63,833 nt of DNA from Candidatus Kaiserbacteria bacterium (GTDB taxonomy: Bacteria > Patescibacteriota > Minisyncoccia > Phycocordibacterales > UBA2100), in contig JAIOPS010000026.1 in the NCBI GenBank assembly GCA_021413775.1, positions 1 to 63,833 on the forward strand, read 5' to 3'. This document shows, piece by piece, positions 9,123 to 19,515 of this stretch. Position 1 is the stretch's first letter. The number at the start of each line of letters is the position of its first letter. Made by a program: the position numbers and the translations under genes. Under the pieces are notes generated by a model. It saw nothing but the letters and a program-made list of their open reading frames with translations. It ran no database searches and was not told the origin of the DNA.

Positions 9123-9869
9123 TTAATTGGCGGTTCCGATAAAGTCGGCGTCGAGTACGAAGCGTGCACTTTTGCCGGAGAGCGTATCGCACGTGACAAG
9201 AGTGAGTTTCGTTCCGCCGTCACGGGCCAAACTGATGGTGACATTGTCGTTCACATCCACTTTCTTGACCGAGTTCACGCTGTAGAGGTATTTGGTTCCG
9301 TCTTCTCCGGTAAGGGTAATCGTATCCCCCGCAACCAGCTCCGGAACACGGTTGAATGCCTTGTACATCTGATTGTGAATGACGGGCAGATGCGAGGAGT
9401 GCGCGAAGATAATCATGTTTCCGGCCTCGCCGAGCTTCGCGGAATCTGTGTAGCGCGCCGGACCGTTCACGAGGAGCGCGTCGAGTGCATCGACATCTTT
9501 CGTGGTGGGATTCTGAATCTTCAGGTCGAGGTCTATCGCGCCTATCGTGATTCTTGCGGGAAACTGCGCGGCTGCATTTACCGCAGCGACACCGGTGCCG
9601 CGCGGCGGCAGTAAGCGGCCCTCGCTGTCGAGCATGAGCATATCGTCGCCGAGCTGCGGCAGCTCCGTCAGCGCGACAGCTTCACCCGCGGAAGTACCGT
9701 TATCTTCATCTGTGACAGCCGGATGAGCGGGAATGCCGTCGATGTAGTCGGGCACGAAGCCGATAGAATCCGCCGCTGAAAGCGCCAAAAAGAAAAAAAC
9801 GATAGCCGCTGCGATAAAGACAGGCTTCGGTGGCTTAGAATATGCGTTGTTTTGGGAGGACTTCTCCAT
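9123..9869 (-). CDS. sortase family transpeptidase
   Basis: N-terminal TM; GNMIIFAHSS (His), LTLVTC (catalytic Cys), downstream Arg (SARF). Confidence 0.88.
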   Translation of the reverse strand: MEKSSQNNAYSKPPKPVFIAAAIVFFFLALSAADSIGFVPDYIDGIPAHPAVTDEDNGTSAGEAVALTELPQLGDDMLMLDSEGRLLPPRGTGVAAVNAAAQFPARITIGAIDLDLKIQNPTTKDVDALDALLVNGPARYTDSAKLGEAGNMIIFAHSSHLPVIHNQMYKAFNRVPELVAGDTITLTGEDGTKYLYSVNSVKKVDVNDNVTISLARDGGTKLTLVTCDTLSGKSARFVLDADFIGTAN

Positions 9870-9954
9870 GCGGATACTGTACTCTAAATATCAGAATTTG
9901 TCAAGTCCCTGGCCCTAGAACGCTTGACAATCCCGCGTATCAGTGTGAAAATCA

Positions 9955-10953
9955 ATGTCTTACTCGCCCAACGACTATCCTCACGTTATGGCCGATTCCC
10001 ACGCACCGAAGCCTTCCCTTGAAGCCAAGGCCATGAATACTGTTTCCAATTTCCTGGCTATCGCGGGATTTTTGATTCTGATAGTTATCGTGGTGTGGGG
10101 ACTCTTTCATATCGCGACCCTCTCCTCCGGCTGGTTCACTTCCCTTTTCCACACATCCAATAAGACCAGCACTATTTCCGTGACTGCACCGGAGACGGCC
10201 ATCTCAGGCAAAGCGACCCGCATCACATGGAACTACCCGACCACCGATGCCGGCCGTTACGCATTCTTGTACGAGTGCACCGACGGACTTGAGTTCGGCA
10301 TTCCAGTACTTCCTCCCGGCGAAACCCGTGCACAACTTTCACGCGTGCCGTGTGGTGCGGCATTCACTATGGGCAATGCGACCAGCTCGGTGATTCTCGT
10401 GCCGATTCTTTCAACCAGCACCCCGAAGGTCGCGCGAATGACCGTACTTTTCGCGCCGACGACCACAGGCACGCCCGTCAGCGGCACCGCAAAGATGACC
10501 GTCAATGTGAATACCGAGCCTCAGTCCGCGGCAACCTCTTCAGAGCCCGTATCCAAACCGACGCCGGACACGACACCGCGACCCAGCAGCCCGGCGGATT
10601 TGCAGGTTTCTCTCGTCTCGGTGACGACTGATGGCTCGGGACAAAGCGTTGCGACGTTCAACATCGAGAATGTCGGCGGCTCCCCGAGCGGCACGTACTA
10701 CTTCACGGCGCTTCTCCCCACGTCGCAGCCCTACACGTTCGCCTCGCAGCCCCAGAGTTCGCTCGGCGCAGGCGACCACATCCTCAATACGCTGCGCTTC
10801 ACGCAGACGGTGTCCGGACTTTTCTCAGTGACCGTCTCGGGCGATAGCAACGTCTCCAACAACACAGCTTCGCAAAACGTTGTCGTACCGTACATCTACA
10901 ACACCTACAACGGCTACACTGATTACAATCAGTACCCCGTGTACCAGTACTAA
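9955..10953 (+). CDS. membrane-anchored protein with C-terminal CARDB/Ig-like domain and Tyr-rich tail
   Basis: N-terminal TM; PADLQV..FNIENVGG..SNNTAS pattern. Confidence 0.7.
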   Translation: MSYSPNDYPHVMADSHAPKPSLEAKAMNTVSNFLAIAGFLILIVIVVWGLFHIATLSSGWFTSLFHTSNKTSTISVTAPETAISGKATRITWNYPTTDAGRYAFLYECTDGLEFGIPVLPPGETRAQLSRVPCGAAFTMGNATSSVILVPILSTSTPKVARMTVLFAPTTTGTPVSGTAKMTVNVNTEPQSAATSSEPVSKPTPDTTPRPSSPADLQVSLVSVTTDGSGQSVATFNIENVGGSPSGTYYFTALLPTSQPYTFASQPQSSLGAGDHILNTLRFTQTVSGLFSVTVSGDSNVSNNTASQNVVVPYIYNTYNGYTDYNQYPVYQY

Positions 10954-10970
10954 GGGCAGAAGTGCCTGAG

Positions 10971-10998
10971 AAAAAAGACGGCATCCGCCGTCTTTTTT
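10971..10998. terminator. bidirectional terminator
   Basis: AAAAAAGACGGC-ATCC-GCCGTCTTTTTT. Confidence 0.8.
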
Positions 10999-11017
10999 CG
11001 CACATTGAAACGCACGG

Positions 11018-13084
11018 TTAAATATCGAGCGTCGCTTCCTTCGCGTGACTTTGGATGAACGACTTTCTCGCCGGAACATCAGTACCCATGAGCATATCGA
11101 AGACCATGTCCGCCTCCACGGCATCATCAACGGCGACCTGCTTCAAAATACGGCGGGCAGGATCCATGGTTGTCTCCCACAACTCCTCGGAGTTCATCTC
11201 GCCGAGACCCTTGTATCGCTGCACCGAAACCTTCGGCGCTTTCTTTGATTTGGTCTCCTCCGCCTCTTCGCCTGCAACCTCTTCTGATTCTTCCGTGGGT
11301 TCTGTTTCGATTTCCACTTCCCCGCCCGCGAATTTGACGCGCTCTTCATCGGTATACGCGTACATAACCTCCTTCCCTTTCTTTATTTTGAAAAGCGGCG
11401 GCTGTGCGATGTACAGGAATCCTCCGTCGATTACCGGTCTGAAATGCCGGTACATGAGCGTGAGAAGAAGCGTGCGGATGTGCGCGCCGTCCACGTCGGC
11501 ATCGGTGGCGATAATGATTTTGTGGTAACGCAATTTCGAGAGGTCAAAAATATCTCCGATAGCCGTGCCAAGAGCTACGACAAGGTTCTTGATTTGTTCT
11601 GATGCGAGCATCTTATCGAGGCGTGCACGCTCGATGTTCAATATCTTGCCGCGCAACGGGAGAATCGCCTGTATGCGGCGGTCGCGGCCCATTTTTGCGG
11701 TGCCGCCTGCCGAGTCTCCCTCCACAATGAAGAGTTCGGCCTCTTCGGCGCGCTTCGTCTGGCAGTCCGCGAGCTTGCCCGGCAGCGTCATGCCGTCGAG
11801 CGCGCCTTTGCGTAGAATCGAATCTTTCGCGGCTTTTGCGGCCTTTCTCGCCTTCATGGCGAGCGTTATTTTCGAAAATATCGCGCGCGCCTCATCCGGA
11901 TGTTCTTCAAGGAAGGTGTTGAAGGCCTCGCCGAATACCGCTTCTGTCGCACCGCGCGCCTCAACAGAACCGAGTTTTCCTTTCGTCTGACCTTCGAATT
12001 GAATTTCGCGGAGTTTTACCGACACGACCGCCGTAAGTCCTTCGAGGACGTCATCCCCCGTGAAGCTGTCGCTCTCTTTGCCTCCGCCGTTTTTGGCATT
12101 GAGCGTGCGAGTGAGCGCGGTTTTGAATCCCGTTACGTGCGTACCTCCCTCGGCGTTGTAAATGTTGTTTGCGAAGGCGGAAATGCGCGAAGTGATGTCA
12201 TCCACGTACTGGAGCGCGACTTCCACCTGCACGCCGTCCTGTTCCTTCTCCACATAAAAAATCGTTTTGTGTACAGGCTCGAGGTGGTGGTTCTGGAATT
12301 GCACGAGTGAGCGCAAGCCTCCTTCAAAGTAGAAGGTCATGGACGGAGCGTCGAGTCCGAGAGTGCGCAAATAGAAGACATCATCTATGCCTTTCAGCGC
12401 AGACGGATCGACTTTGCGCAGGTCCATGATGCAAATGCGGAGTCCGCGCACGAGATACGCCTGCTGGCGCATGTGAGAAACGATGGTGTCCCAGTTGAGC
12501 TCGCGGTCGGGGAAAATCGTCGTGTCCGGTTGAAAGGTAATGATGGTCCCCTGCATTTTCGATGCGCCGGTCTTTTTTATTTTGCCGGTCGGTTTGCCGA
12601 TTTTGTATTCCTGCACGTGCTTCGCTCCGTCGCGGTGAACCTCGGCACGCATGTGCGTCGAGAGCGCGTTCACGACGGCCGCGCCGACGCCGTGCAAGCC
12701 GCCCGACACTTTGTATCCGTCTCCGCCGAATTTGCCGCCGGCATGCAGAATAGTGAGCACCGTCTCAAGAGTCGAAACCTTCGTCTTCGGATGTACCTCG
12801 ACGGGGATGCCGCGGCCGTTATCGGCGTTACGGACCATGTTGTCGGGCAAAAGCGCTATTTCGATATCGTTGGCGAAGCCGCCCATCGCCTCATCGCGCG
12901 AGTTGTCGAAAATTTCCCAGATAAGGTGATGGAGGCCGGCCGTACCGGTCGTACCGATGTACATGCCCGGGCGGCGGCGCACCGCCTCCAGTCCTTCAAG
13001 CACCGTAATCTGGTCCGCACCATACGAACTTCCGCCCTTTTTCGGGGCGGTGTCTGCGGCCTTTTTTGCCTTGGTTTCAGCCAT
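11018..13084 (-). CDS. gyrB: DNA gyrase subunit B (type IIA topoisomerase B subunit)
   Basis: VRRRPGMYIG, DNGRGIP, SGGLHGVG, EGDSAGG, PLRGK, TDADVDG, QRYKGLGEMN; ParE not strictly excluded. Confidence 0.9.
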   Translation of the reverse strand: MAETKAKKAADTAPKKGGSSYGADQITVLEGLEAVRRRPGMYIGTTGTAGLHHLIWEIFDNSRDEAMGGFANDIEIALLPDNMVRNADNGRGIPVEVHPKTKVSTLETVLTILHAGGKFGGDGYKVSGGLHGVGAAVVNALSTHMRAEVHRDGAKHVQEYKIGKPTGKIKKTGASKMQGTIITFQPDTTIFPDRELNWDTIVSHMRQQAYLVRGLRICIMDLRKVDPSALKGIDDVFYLRTLGLDAPSMTFYFEGGLRSLVQFQNHHLEPVHKTIFYVEKEQDGVQVEVALQYVDDITSRISAFANNIYNAEGGTHVTGFKTALTRTLNAKNGGGKESDSFTGDDVLEGLTAVVSVKLREIQFEGQTKGKLGSVEARGATEAVFGEAFNTFLEEHPDEARAIFSKITLAMKARKAAKAAKDSILRKGALDGMTLPGKLADCQTKRAEEAELFIVEGDSAGGTAKMGRDRRIQAILPLRGKILNIERARLDKMLASEQIKNLVVALGTAIGDIFDLSKLRYHKIIIATDADVDGAHIRTLLLTLMYRHFRPVIDGGFLYIAQPPLFKIKKGKEVMYAYTDEERVKFAGGEVEIETEPTEESEEVAGEEAEETKSKKAPKVSVQRYKGLGEMNSEELWETTMDPARRILKQVAVDDAVEADMVFDMLMGTDVPARKSFIQSHAKEATLDI

Positions 13085-13172
13085 ATTTTGGTCCGTTTAG
13101 TATACCTTATTTTCGCTCAAAAACCAAGCTTCCTGTGGACACTTTTTCAGTAAACGGGTGGCTGAAACGGGG

Positions 13173-15056
13173 TTATCTCACTTCCCACTCCCTCTCCTTC
13201 ATCGCGGCGTAAATACTCTCCATTCGCTCATTCGCATCGCCGTCCGTGAGCGTTTTGTCGAATGACTGGAAGACGAGCCGGAATGCGAACGAGACCTTGC
13301 CGTCTTTTTCAAAACGGTCAAAGAGGTCGAGCCGCACGAGTAAGTCGCCCGCATGCGTACGTATGACGTCGGCAATGTCCGTTTCTGAAGCAGCTGCGGG
13401 AGCCCACAGTGCGATGTCTCGGACGATAAACGGATAGCGGGAAAACGTGCGGTAACGGATGTCAGATATCGCAGGCAGGTCCTCATATGCCCCGACGTCG
13501 GGAAGTTTTGCAATGATGTCGTCGAGCGGTATTTCCAGCACCTCATCGGCCAGCGTGTCGGCGATGGTGACTCCCAGTTTTTCGCCGACTTCCCTGAGGT
13601 ATTCCTGAGCGGTCTTTTGTTTTTTTACTTTCTCTACCGCGACGCAGAGGAAAGTCGACTCCGCGCCTCCGCGCCACACGGTTCCCATCTCGAAAAGTCT
13701 GATTTGTTTCTGACCGAGCACGTCCTTATTGCGGACGTTTTTATCAAGGGCTGAGCGCAGTCCGCCGAGCAGCTCTCTGCGGAGATAGGGCGTATCGCTT
13801 TCGACTTTATTGAGTACGGCCTCCTCGCCTTCGGAAGTGAAGACCGGTGAATATATTTCGGAGAAACCTTCCGCGATGAGGAGCTGCCGCACTCGTTCTT
13901 GCCAGTAGAAATTTTGATTGACAGCGGGCTTGTGAGGAAAATCCGACAACGGAATCGCGGGGACGGAATCGTACCCGATGATGCGCCCCACTTCTTCAAT
14001 GAGGTCTTCCGGTATGAGAATATCGAGACGCTCAGGGGGAGGCGTGACGGTGAAATTTCCCGCGCTATTTTCAAAGGAGAACCCGAGGCGCCGGAAGGCA
14101 TCCTCCACGTCAGACTCCTCAAGCTTTGTTCCCAAAACCGCGTTCGTCATCGCGCCGGTAACTGACACGGTGCGTCTCTCTTCGCGCCGCGGATACTCGT
14201 CGACAAACCCGGCGATATCACCCCCTGCGAGCTCCTGTATCAGCCCGACAACCGCGCGCATCCCCTCCCCGGCGAGCTCAGGCGAGATAACCTGCTCGAA
14301 ACGCGCCGAAGCGTCGGTGCGGAGCTTGAGGGCCTGTGCAGATTTGCGCACGGAGACGCCGTTGAAATTCGCAGACTCGATGATGATATTTTTCGTCTCA
14401 ACGCTCACGCCTGCAGGCTTCCCGCCCTTTATGCCCGCGATACCGACGGGTACATCCGCATGGACGTCGGCGATAACGAGCACGGAATTCTGCAGCGTGT
14501 ATTCCTTGTCGTCGAGCGCGACCATCTTTTCACCGGGCCGTGCCGCGCGGACAGAGATAGCGTACGCACCGTCCGCTTGTTTCAGCTGTGCGGCGTCGAA
14601 CGCGTGCAACGGCTGGCCGATGTTGAACATGACGAAATTCGTCGCATCGACGACGCTGTTCACGCTCCTTTGTCCGAGAACTTCGAGACTTTTTACCAGC
14701 CACTCCGGCGAGGGCCCGACCGTCACATCGTGGATGAAGCCGGCTATATAGCGTGGGCACAGGTCCGCGTTTTCAATCCGCACTGAGATATTCTCGGCGG
14801 TCTTTTTCAGATTATCTTCGGTCAGAGCATACACTTCCTCCTTCATCGGGAGCCTTAGGATGGCGGAAAGTTCCTTGGCGATGCCGCGGTGTGAGAGACA
14901 ATCGTGACCACGGTTCGCGGTGACTTTCACATCGAGCACGTCGTTTTCCACACTCTCTATCTCGAACGCGTGGAATGTCAGGGCATGAGCGAGCGCGGCG
15001 CTCTCGGGGAGCGGTGTCTCAAAAAAGCGCTGCAGCCATGTCCGTGAAATTTTCAT
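13173..15056 (-). CDS. pheT: phenylalanyl-tRNA synthetase beta subunit (short form)
   Basis: NRGHDCLSHRGIAKE, GQPLHAFD, EDLIEEVGRIIGYD, C-terminal RDIAL anticodon-binding domain. Confidence 0.95.
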   Translation of the reverse strand: MKISRTWLQRFFETPLPESAALAHALTFHAFEIESVENDVLDVKVTANRGHDCLSHRGIAKELSAILRLPMKEEVYALTEDNLKKTAENISVRIENADLCPRYIAGFIHDVTVGPSPEWLVKSLEVLGQRSVNSVVDATNFVMFNIGQPLHAFDAAQLKQADGAYAISVRAARPGEKMVALDDKEYTLQNSVLVIADVHADVPVGIAGIKGGKPAGVSVETKNIIIESANFNGVSVRKSAQALKLRTDASARFEQVISPELAGEGMRAVVGLIQELAGGDIAGFVDEYPRREERRTVSVTGAMTNAVLGTKLEESDVEDAFRRLGFSFENSAGNFTVTPPPERLDILIPEDLIEEVGRIIGYDSVPAIPLSDFPHKPAVNQNFYWQERVRQLLIAEGFSEIYSPVFTSEGEEAVLNKVESDTPYLRRELLGGLRSALDKNVRNKDVLGQKQIRLFEMGTVWRGGAESTFLCVAVEKVKKQKTAQEYLREVGEKLGVTIADTLADEVLEIPLDDIIAKLPDVGAYEDLPAISDIRYRTFSRYPFIVRDIALWAPAAASETDIADVIRTHAGDLLVRLDLFDRFEKDGKVSFAFRLVFQSFDKTLTDGDANERMESIYAAMKEREWEVR

Positions 15057-15064
15057 AGTACAGA

Positions 15065-15814
15065 TTAAAATTGATTTATGAACCGGAGGTCCGCAGAGTG
15101 CATATGGCGCACGTCGTCGATGCCCCAGCGAAGCATCGCAAGTCTGTCGAGTCCCATACCGAACGCAAAGCCGCGGTACGTGTCAGGGTCGACTCCCGCA
15201 TTCCTGAGAACGTTCGGGTGCACCATACCCGCGCCCATCATCTCTATCCACCGGTCACGCAGCTTCTCCGGTACATCTTCGCCGACGAGGCGCATGTCCA
15301 CTTCGACGGACGGCTCGGTAAAGGGGAAAAAGCTGGGGCGGAAACGGATTTCCACCGACGCACTCTTGAACAATTCTTTGAAAAACGTCTCGAGCGTACC
15401 TTTCAGGTGCGCAAGCGTGATGTCTTCGCCCACCGCGAGACCTTCTATCTGGAAAAATTGCGCCTCATGTGTCATGTCCGTCGCTTCATTACGGAAAGCG
15501 CGTCCCGGCACGATGATACGGTACGGCGGCTTCACGCCGGCTTTCATCTGAGCCTCCATGTAGCGCACCTGCACGGGGGAGGTGTGCGTGCGCAGCACCG
15601 ACCCCGGCTTATCCTTAATGAAGAACGTGTCCTGCATATCCCGCGCGGGGTGATTCTTGGGTACGTTGAGTGCGTCGAAGTTATACCATTCGCTCTCGAG
15701 CAAGGGACCTTCGGCGAATGCGAAGCCCAAATCGAAAAATATTTTGTTCGCTTCGCGGATGAGCGACGAGATAGGGTGAATATGGCCCGGAGAATCTGAG
15801 TCGCTCTGCGTCAT
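15065..15814 (-). CDS. pheS: phenylalanyl-tRNA synthetase alpha subunit (no N-terminal coiled coil)
   Basis: GHIHP, HPARDMQDTF, LRTHTSPVQ, FPFTEPS, FAFGMG. Confidence 0.96.
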   Translation of the reverse strand: MTQSDSDSPGHIHPISSLIREANKIFFDLGFAFAEGPLLESEWYNFDALNVPKNHPARDMQDTFFIKDKPGSVLRTHTSPVQVRYMEAQMKAGVKPPYRIIVPGRAFRNEATDMTHEAQFFQIEGLAVGEDITLAHLKGTLETFFKELFKSASVEIRFRPSFFPFTEPSVEVDMRLVGEDVPEKLRDRWIEMMGAGMVHPNVLRNAGVDPDTYRGFAFGMGLDRLAMLRWGIDDVRHMHSADLRFINQF

Positions 15815-15878
15815 CGGTGTAGTATAGCCCCTCGCAAAAACGTTTCAAAATAGCCATTTTCTGGTATAATTTGCGTTT

Positions 15879-17111
15879 ATGGTTTTTGGCTCGGGCGTCG
15901 TCTTTGCGCTGCTTTTTCTCTCGCTCTACTTCGAGGTTTTTTTGCTTGTTTCGTTCCTCGAGCGACGCTTTTCGACGCCGAAAATGCGCGCCGACGCCCG
16001 CCCGGAATCGCTCCCGGATGTCGCTATCATTGTTCCCTGTTTCAACGAAGAGAGGGCACTCGGTGCGTCCATAGAATCGCTTCTCGCACTTGAATACCCG
16101 CGCGGGAAACTTTCCGTCATCGTCGTTGATGACGGCTCCACCGATTCGACACTGTCTATCGCCCGAAGATACGAATCAGACTCCCGCGTGCGAGTATTTA
16201 CGAAGGAGAACGGCGGGAAACACACCGCGATGAACCTCGGCCTCGAACACACCGACGCGGAACTGGTCGGGTGCCTCGATGCGGATTCGGTAGTCGCGCC
16301 CGATGCGCTCATGCAGATTGCGCCCCTTTTCACGGACGCGCGTATCGCAGCGGTGACACCGGGCATCCACGTGAAGACTCCGAAAACAATGCTCCAGCAC
16401 ATGCAGCATGTTGAATACCGGCTTTCACTGTTCAACAGATTTATTTTGGCGGTACTCGGCTCCGTTTTTATCACACCCGGACCCTTCTCGATTTTCCGCG
16501 CGAACGTCATACGGGAACTTGGCGGATGGCGCTATGCGCACTCGACGGAAGACATGGAGATGGCGCTGCGCCTCCAGGAAGCGGGCTATATGATTGCAAA
16601 CGCTCCCAACGCCATCGTACATACTGCTACGCCGCCGAACCTCAAAGACCTCTTCCGACAGCGCGTCCGCTGGACGTACGGTTGGCTCCGAAATGCGGTC
16701 GACTACAAACACATGTTCGGCAACTGGCGCTACGGCAACCTCGGACTCATCGTTCTCCCCTTCGCTATCATATCCATATTCACCGGCATCTATTTCTTCG
16801 CACGCATAGTGTTCTACCTCTTTGTCGCCGCGTACCAAAAATACATGGAGCTGCATTACGCCGGCTTCCACTTCCGCCCTTCTGCGCCCGATCTCTTTTA
16901 CTTCAACACAAGCGCTATCTGGATGCTTGTATGGGTCTCGGTCGCGCTTATCCTTGTCCTCATATCCATCGGTTCACTTATCGGTACCGGCTCAAGACGG
17001 CCTCCCGCATCCACGCCCCTTTTCGTCATTTTTTACAGTTTGCTTGTTCCGCTCTGGCTCGGCGCGGCTGTATTTCGCGCATTCTTTAAAACAGGCGTGC
17101 GCTGGAGATAA
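15879..17111 (+). CDS. processive GT2 glycosyltransferase (PgaC/IcaA/cellulose synthase-like)
   Basis: VPCFNEE, DDGSTD, DAD, TED and QRVRW motifs plus TM helices. Confidence 0.9.
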   Translation: MVFGSGVVFALLFLSLYFEVFLLVSFLERRFSTPKMRADARPESLPDVAIIVPCFNEERALGASIESLLALEYPRGKLSVIVVDDGSTDSTLSIARRYESDSRVRVFTKENGGKHTAMNLGLEHTDAELVGCLDADSVVAPDALMQIAPLFTDARIAAVTPGIHVKTPKTMLQHMQHVEYRLSLFNRFILAVLGSVFITPGPFSIFRANVIRELGGWRYAHSTEDMEMALRLQEAGYMIANAPNAIVHTATPPNLKDLFRQRVRWTYGWLRNAVDYKHMFGNWRYGNLGLIVLPFAIISIFTGIYFFARIVFYLFVAAYQKYMELHYAGFHFRPSAPDLFYFNTSAIWMLVWVSVALILVLISIGSLIGTGSRRPPASTPLFVIFYSLLVPLWLGAAVFRAFFKTGVRWR

Positions 17112-17147
17112 TGAGACGAATACTGTAAGCTGGCCGAGCAAGAATAT

Positions 17148-17852
17148 ATGGAACCGACAGTAAACATACGCACAGCGCGCTGGGGCAGCTACATCGTTGC
17201 TTTTCTCATCACGGCGCTCATCTTTGCGACGGCTTTGTACGCGTCCAACTATTTCAACTCCCGACGCGCCGCCGAAATCAAAGCGACGCAGGACAATATC
17301 TCCGTCGACATTCTTTCAACAGAGACACAATTTGAGCTTCTCGCGGAACACTCTTGCGCGGACATCGAAGAGAATTCCGTCCTCTCGAGCGAAATTCAGC
17401 CGCTCGCATCGCGTCTTTCGTACCTCGAGCTGCAACCGAACGTCGATCCGAGTGAACTGATTCGCCTGAAGAGGTACTACTCTTTGCTCGAAATCAAGGA
17501 CTACCTCCTCATGCAGCAGGTCGCATCGAAATGCCACCTCAAGCCCGTTTTCATCCTGTACTTCTACTCCAACAAAGGCGATTGCCCCGACTGCGAAAAC
17601 CAGGGCTACGCGCTCACGGGTCTCGCTCAGAAGTATCCGGGACTTCGTATCTATTCATTCGACTACAACCTTGACCTCTCGGCGCTCCAAACACTCATCG
17701 ATATCAACAACGTAAAGTCGGACCTGCCTGCCCTCGTCATCAAGAACAAAGTGTATTACGGGCTTCACACCATCGGCGACGTCGAGACTATCCTTCCTGA
17801 GCTCGCCAAGATGGCTACGACCACTGCCGCAACCTCAACCCGTAACCGTTAG
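17148..17852 (+). CDS. membrane-anchored protein with C-terminal thioredoxin-like CPDC domain
   Basis: N-terminal TM; LYFYS..CPDC; cis-Pro-like LPALVI. Confidence 0.65.
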   Translation: MEPTVNIRTARWGSYIVAFLITALIFATALYASNYFNSRRAAEIKATQDNISVDILSTETQFELLAEHSCADIEENSVLSSEIQPLASRLSYLELQPNVDPSELIRLKRYYSLLEIKDYLLMQQVASKCHLKPVFILYFYSNKGDCPDCENQGYALTGLAQKYPGLRIYSFDYNLDLSALQTLIDINNVKSDLPALVIKNKVYYGLHTIGDVETILPELAKMATTTAATSTRNR

Positions 17853-17861
17853 CTCCCCGTC

Positions 17862-17895
17862 AAAAAACACCCCGTAGTACTCCGGGGTGTTTTTT
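17862..17895. terminator. bidirectional terminator
   Basis: AAAAAACACCCCG...CGGGGTGTTTTTT. Confidence 0.8.
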
Positions 17896-17908
17896 GGTAG
17901 AAACGAAG

Positions 17909-18805
17909 CTACGCTTTTTTGCCGAACGAATTGAGGGGGACTTTCAAGTATGTCGTTCCGTTCGCCTCCGGTTCCGGCAGTTTCCCCGCCTGAATATTCA
18001 CCTGAATCGAGGGGATTATAAGGCGCGGCATTCCGAGTGTCGCATCACGTTCGTTGCGCTTCTTCGCGAACTCTTCGCTGCTGACCCCTTCGCGCACCTG
18101 AATATTGCCGCGCTTCTCCTCGCCGATGGTTGTCTCCCACCGGTATTCTGTGCGTCCCACAGGCAGGTAGTCATGCCCGACAAAAACTCTCGTCTCGTCG
18201 GGCAATGTGAAGAGCTTCTGGATTGACCGGTACATGTCGTCCGCACTGCCTCCCGGAAAGTCACATCGCGCAGTGCCGTAGTCCTGCATAAAGAGCGTGT
18301 CGCCGACAAACGCCGCGTCTCCGATGAGATAGGTGACATCAGCAGGCGTATGGCCCGGGGTGTGGATGACCTTTACGGCAAGTGCGCCCAGAGTAAATTC
18401 GTCTCCATCTTCGAACAGCCGGTCAAACTGCGAACCGTCACGCTGGAATTCCGTACCCGCATTGAAAACTTTGCCGAAAACATTCTGCACGGTCACGATT
18501 TCTTTGCCGATTCCGATTTTGCCGCCGAGTTCGCGCTGGATATACGGCGCCGCCGAGAGATGATCGGCATGCGCATGCGTTTCCAGGACCCACTTCGGCG
18601 TAAGGGAGTGCTCGCGTATGAACGCGATAATGCGGTCCGCGGATTCGAACGAAATCGCGGCACCGTTGGGCTCGTAATCCATGACTGAATCGATGACCGC
18701 ACATGCTTTCGTGTTCGGGTCCACGACCACGTAGCTCGCCGTGTTGGTGGCACGGTCGAAGAATGCATGTACTTCCGGATTGTTCTGCGAAGGGTGAATG
18801 TCCAT
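17909..18805 (-). CDS. MBL-fold persulfide dioxygenase (Blh/ETHE1-like)
   Basis: ETHAHADH, HTPGHT, GDTLF, GTARCDFPGG, GHDY, C-terminal YLKVPLN. Confidence 0.88.
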   Translation of the reverse strand: MDIHPSQNNPEVHAFFDRATNTASYVVVDPNTKACAVIDSVMDYEPNGAAISFESADRIIAFIREHSLTPKWVLETHAHADHLSAAPYIQRELGGKIGIGKEIVTVQNVFGKVFNAGTEFQRDGSQFDRLFEDGDEFTLGALAVKVIHTPGHTPADVTYLIGDAAFVGDTLFMQDYGTARCDFPGGSADDMYRSIQKLFTLPDETRVFVGHDYLPVGRTEYRWETTIGEEKRGNIQVREGVSSEEFAKKRNERDATLGMPRLIIPSIQVNIQAGKLPEPEANGTTYLKVPLNSFGKKA

Positions 18806-18816
18806 ACAATGTTGTT

Positions 18817-19143
18817 CTAGCGGCTGCTGAGAGGTTTTCCGGATTGCGCCCAGGCCGTAATGCCGCCCTCGACGTTCACAAGCTCTGCAGTAATGCCGAG
18901 TGCGGCGAGCTCCTGAATGGCCATGCGGCTGCGACCGCCGGAGCGACAGTGTACATAAATAGTCTGTTTTTCTTTGAACTCGCCGACGTGCTGCTGAAGC
19001 CGGTCGAGCGGGACGCTGCGTACGCCGGAAATATGCGCGGCAGCGTATTCAGCGGGCGTGCAGACGTTGATAAAGTCGACCTTCGGGTCATTCGAATGTT
19101 CTTTGAGTTCGTGTTCGAGCTCTTGTACGGTTACTGATTTCAT
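18817..19143 (-). CDS. rhodanese-like sulfurtransferase
   Basis: HISG, active-site VHCRSGGRS, GGITAW. Confidence 0.9.
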   Translation of the reverse strand: MKSVTVQELEHELKEHSNDPKVDFINVCTPAEYAAAHISGVRSVPLDRLQQHVGEFKEKQTIYVHCRSGGRSRMAIQELAALGITAELVNVEGGITAWAQSGKPLSSR

Positions 19144-19147
19144 ATTG

Positions 19148-19411
19148 TTATCCTTTTATGAGCGCCAGAAGATCGTGTAATTCCGCCTTGTCGGCGGATG
19201 TGAGACCGCGTTTGGAAAGAAATTTCTCCGTGAGAAAGAGCGTAATAAATGAAGTCCTGAGGCCCTCGAATGAACGGAGGCTTGAGAGAAGCGTCCTTGA
19301 AGCTTTTCCGCATTCTGCAGATTCACCGCGCGCAAGTTCCTTTTTCACGGATTCAAGCTGTCCTTGGAGGCGCCCTATGTGCTGAATCATTTTGCTGCAT
19401 GCATCATCCAT
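19148..19411 (-). CDS. CsoR/RcnR/CstR-family transcriptional repressor (atypical)
   Basis: RLQGQL..V...L....C pattern; leads the rhodanese-PDO operon. Confidence 0.65.
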   Translation of the reverse strand: MDDACSKMIQHIGRLQGQLESVKKELARGESAECGKASRTLLSSLRSFEGLRTSFITLFLTEKFLSKRGLTSADKAELHDLLALIKG

Positions 19412-19440
19412 ACGTGCTTTGTAAACCGATAATATATGTA

Positions 19441-19461
19441 GTATACCCCCTACCCTATATA
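19441..19461. promoter_or_regulatory. candidate CsoR-family operator
   Basis: TATACCCCCTACCCTATATA, C/G-tract flanked by AT-rich arms, 30 nt upstream of the repressor start. Confidence 0.55.
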
Positions 19462-19515
19462 GAGGCAAGTCGCACCTCATGTCGCGTACCCGTCCCCATG
19501 CAACCGTCCTCTCGG

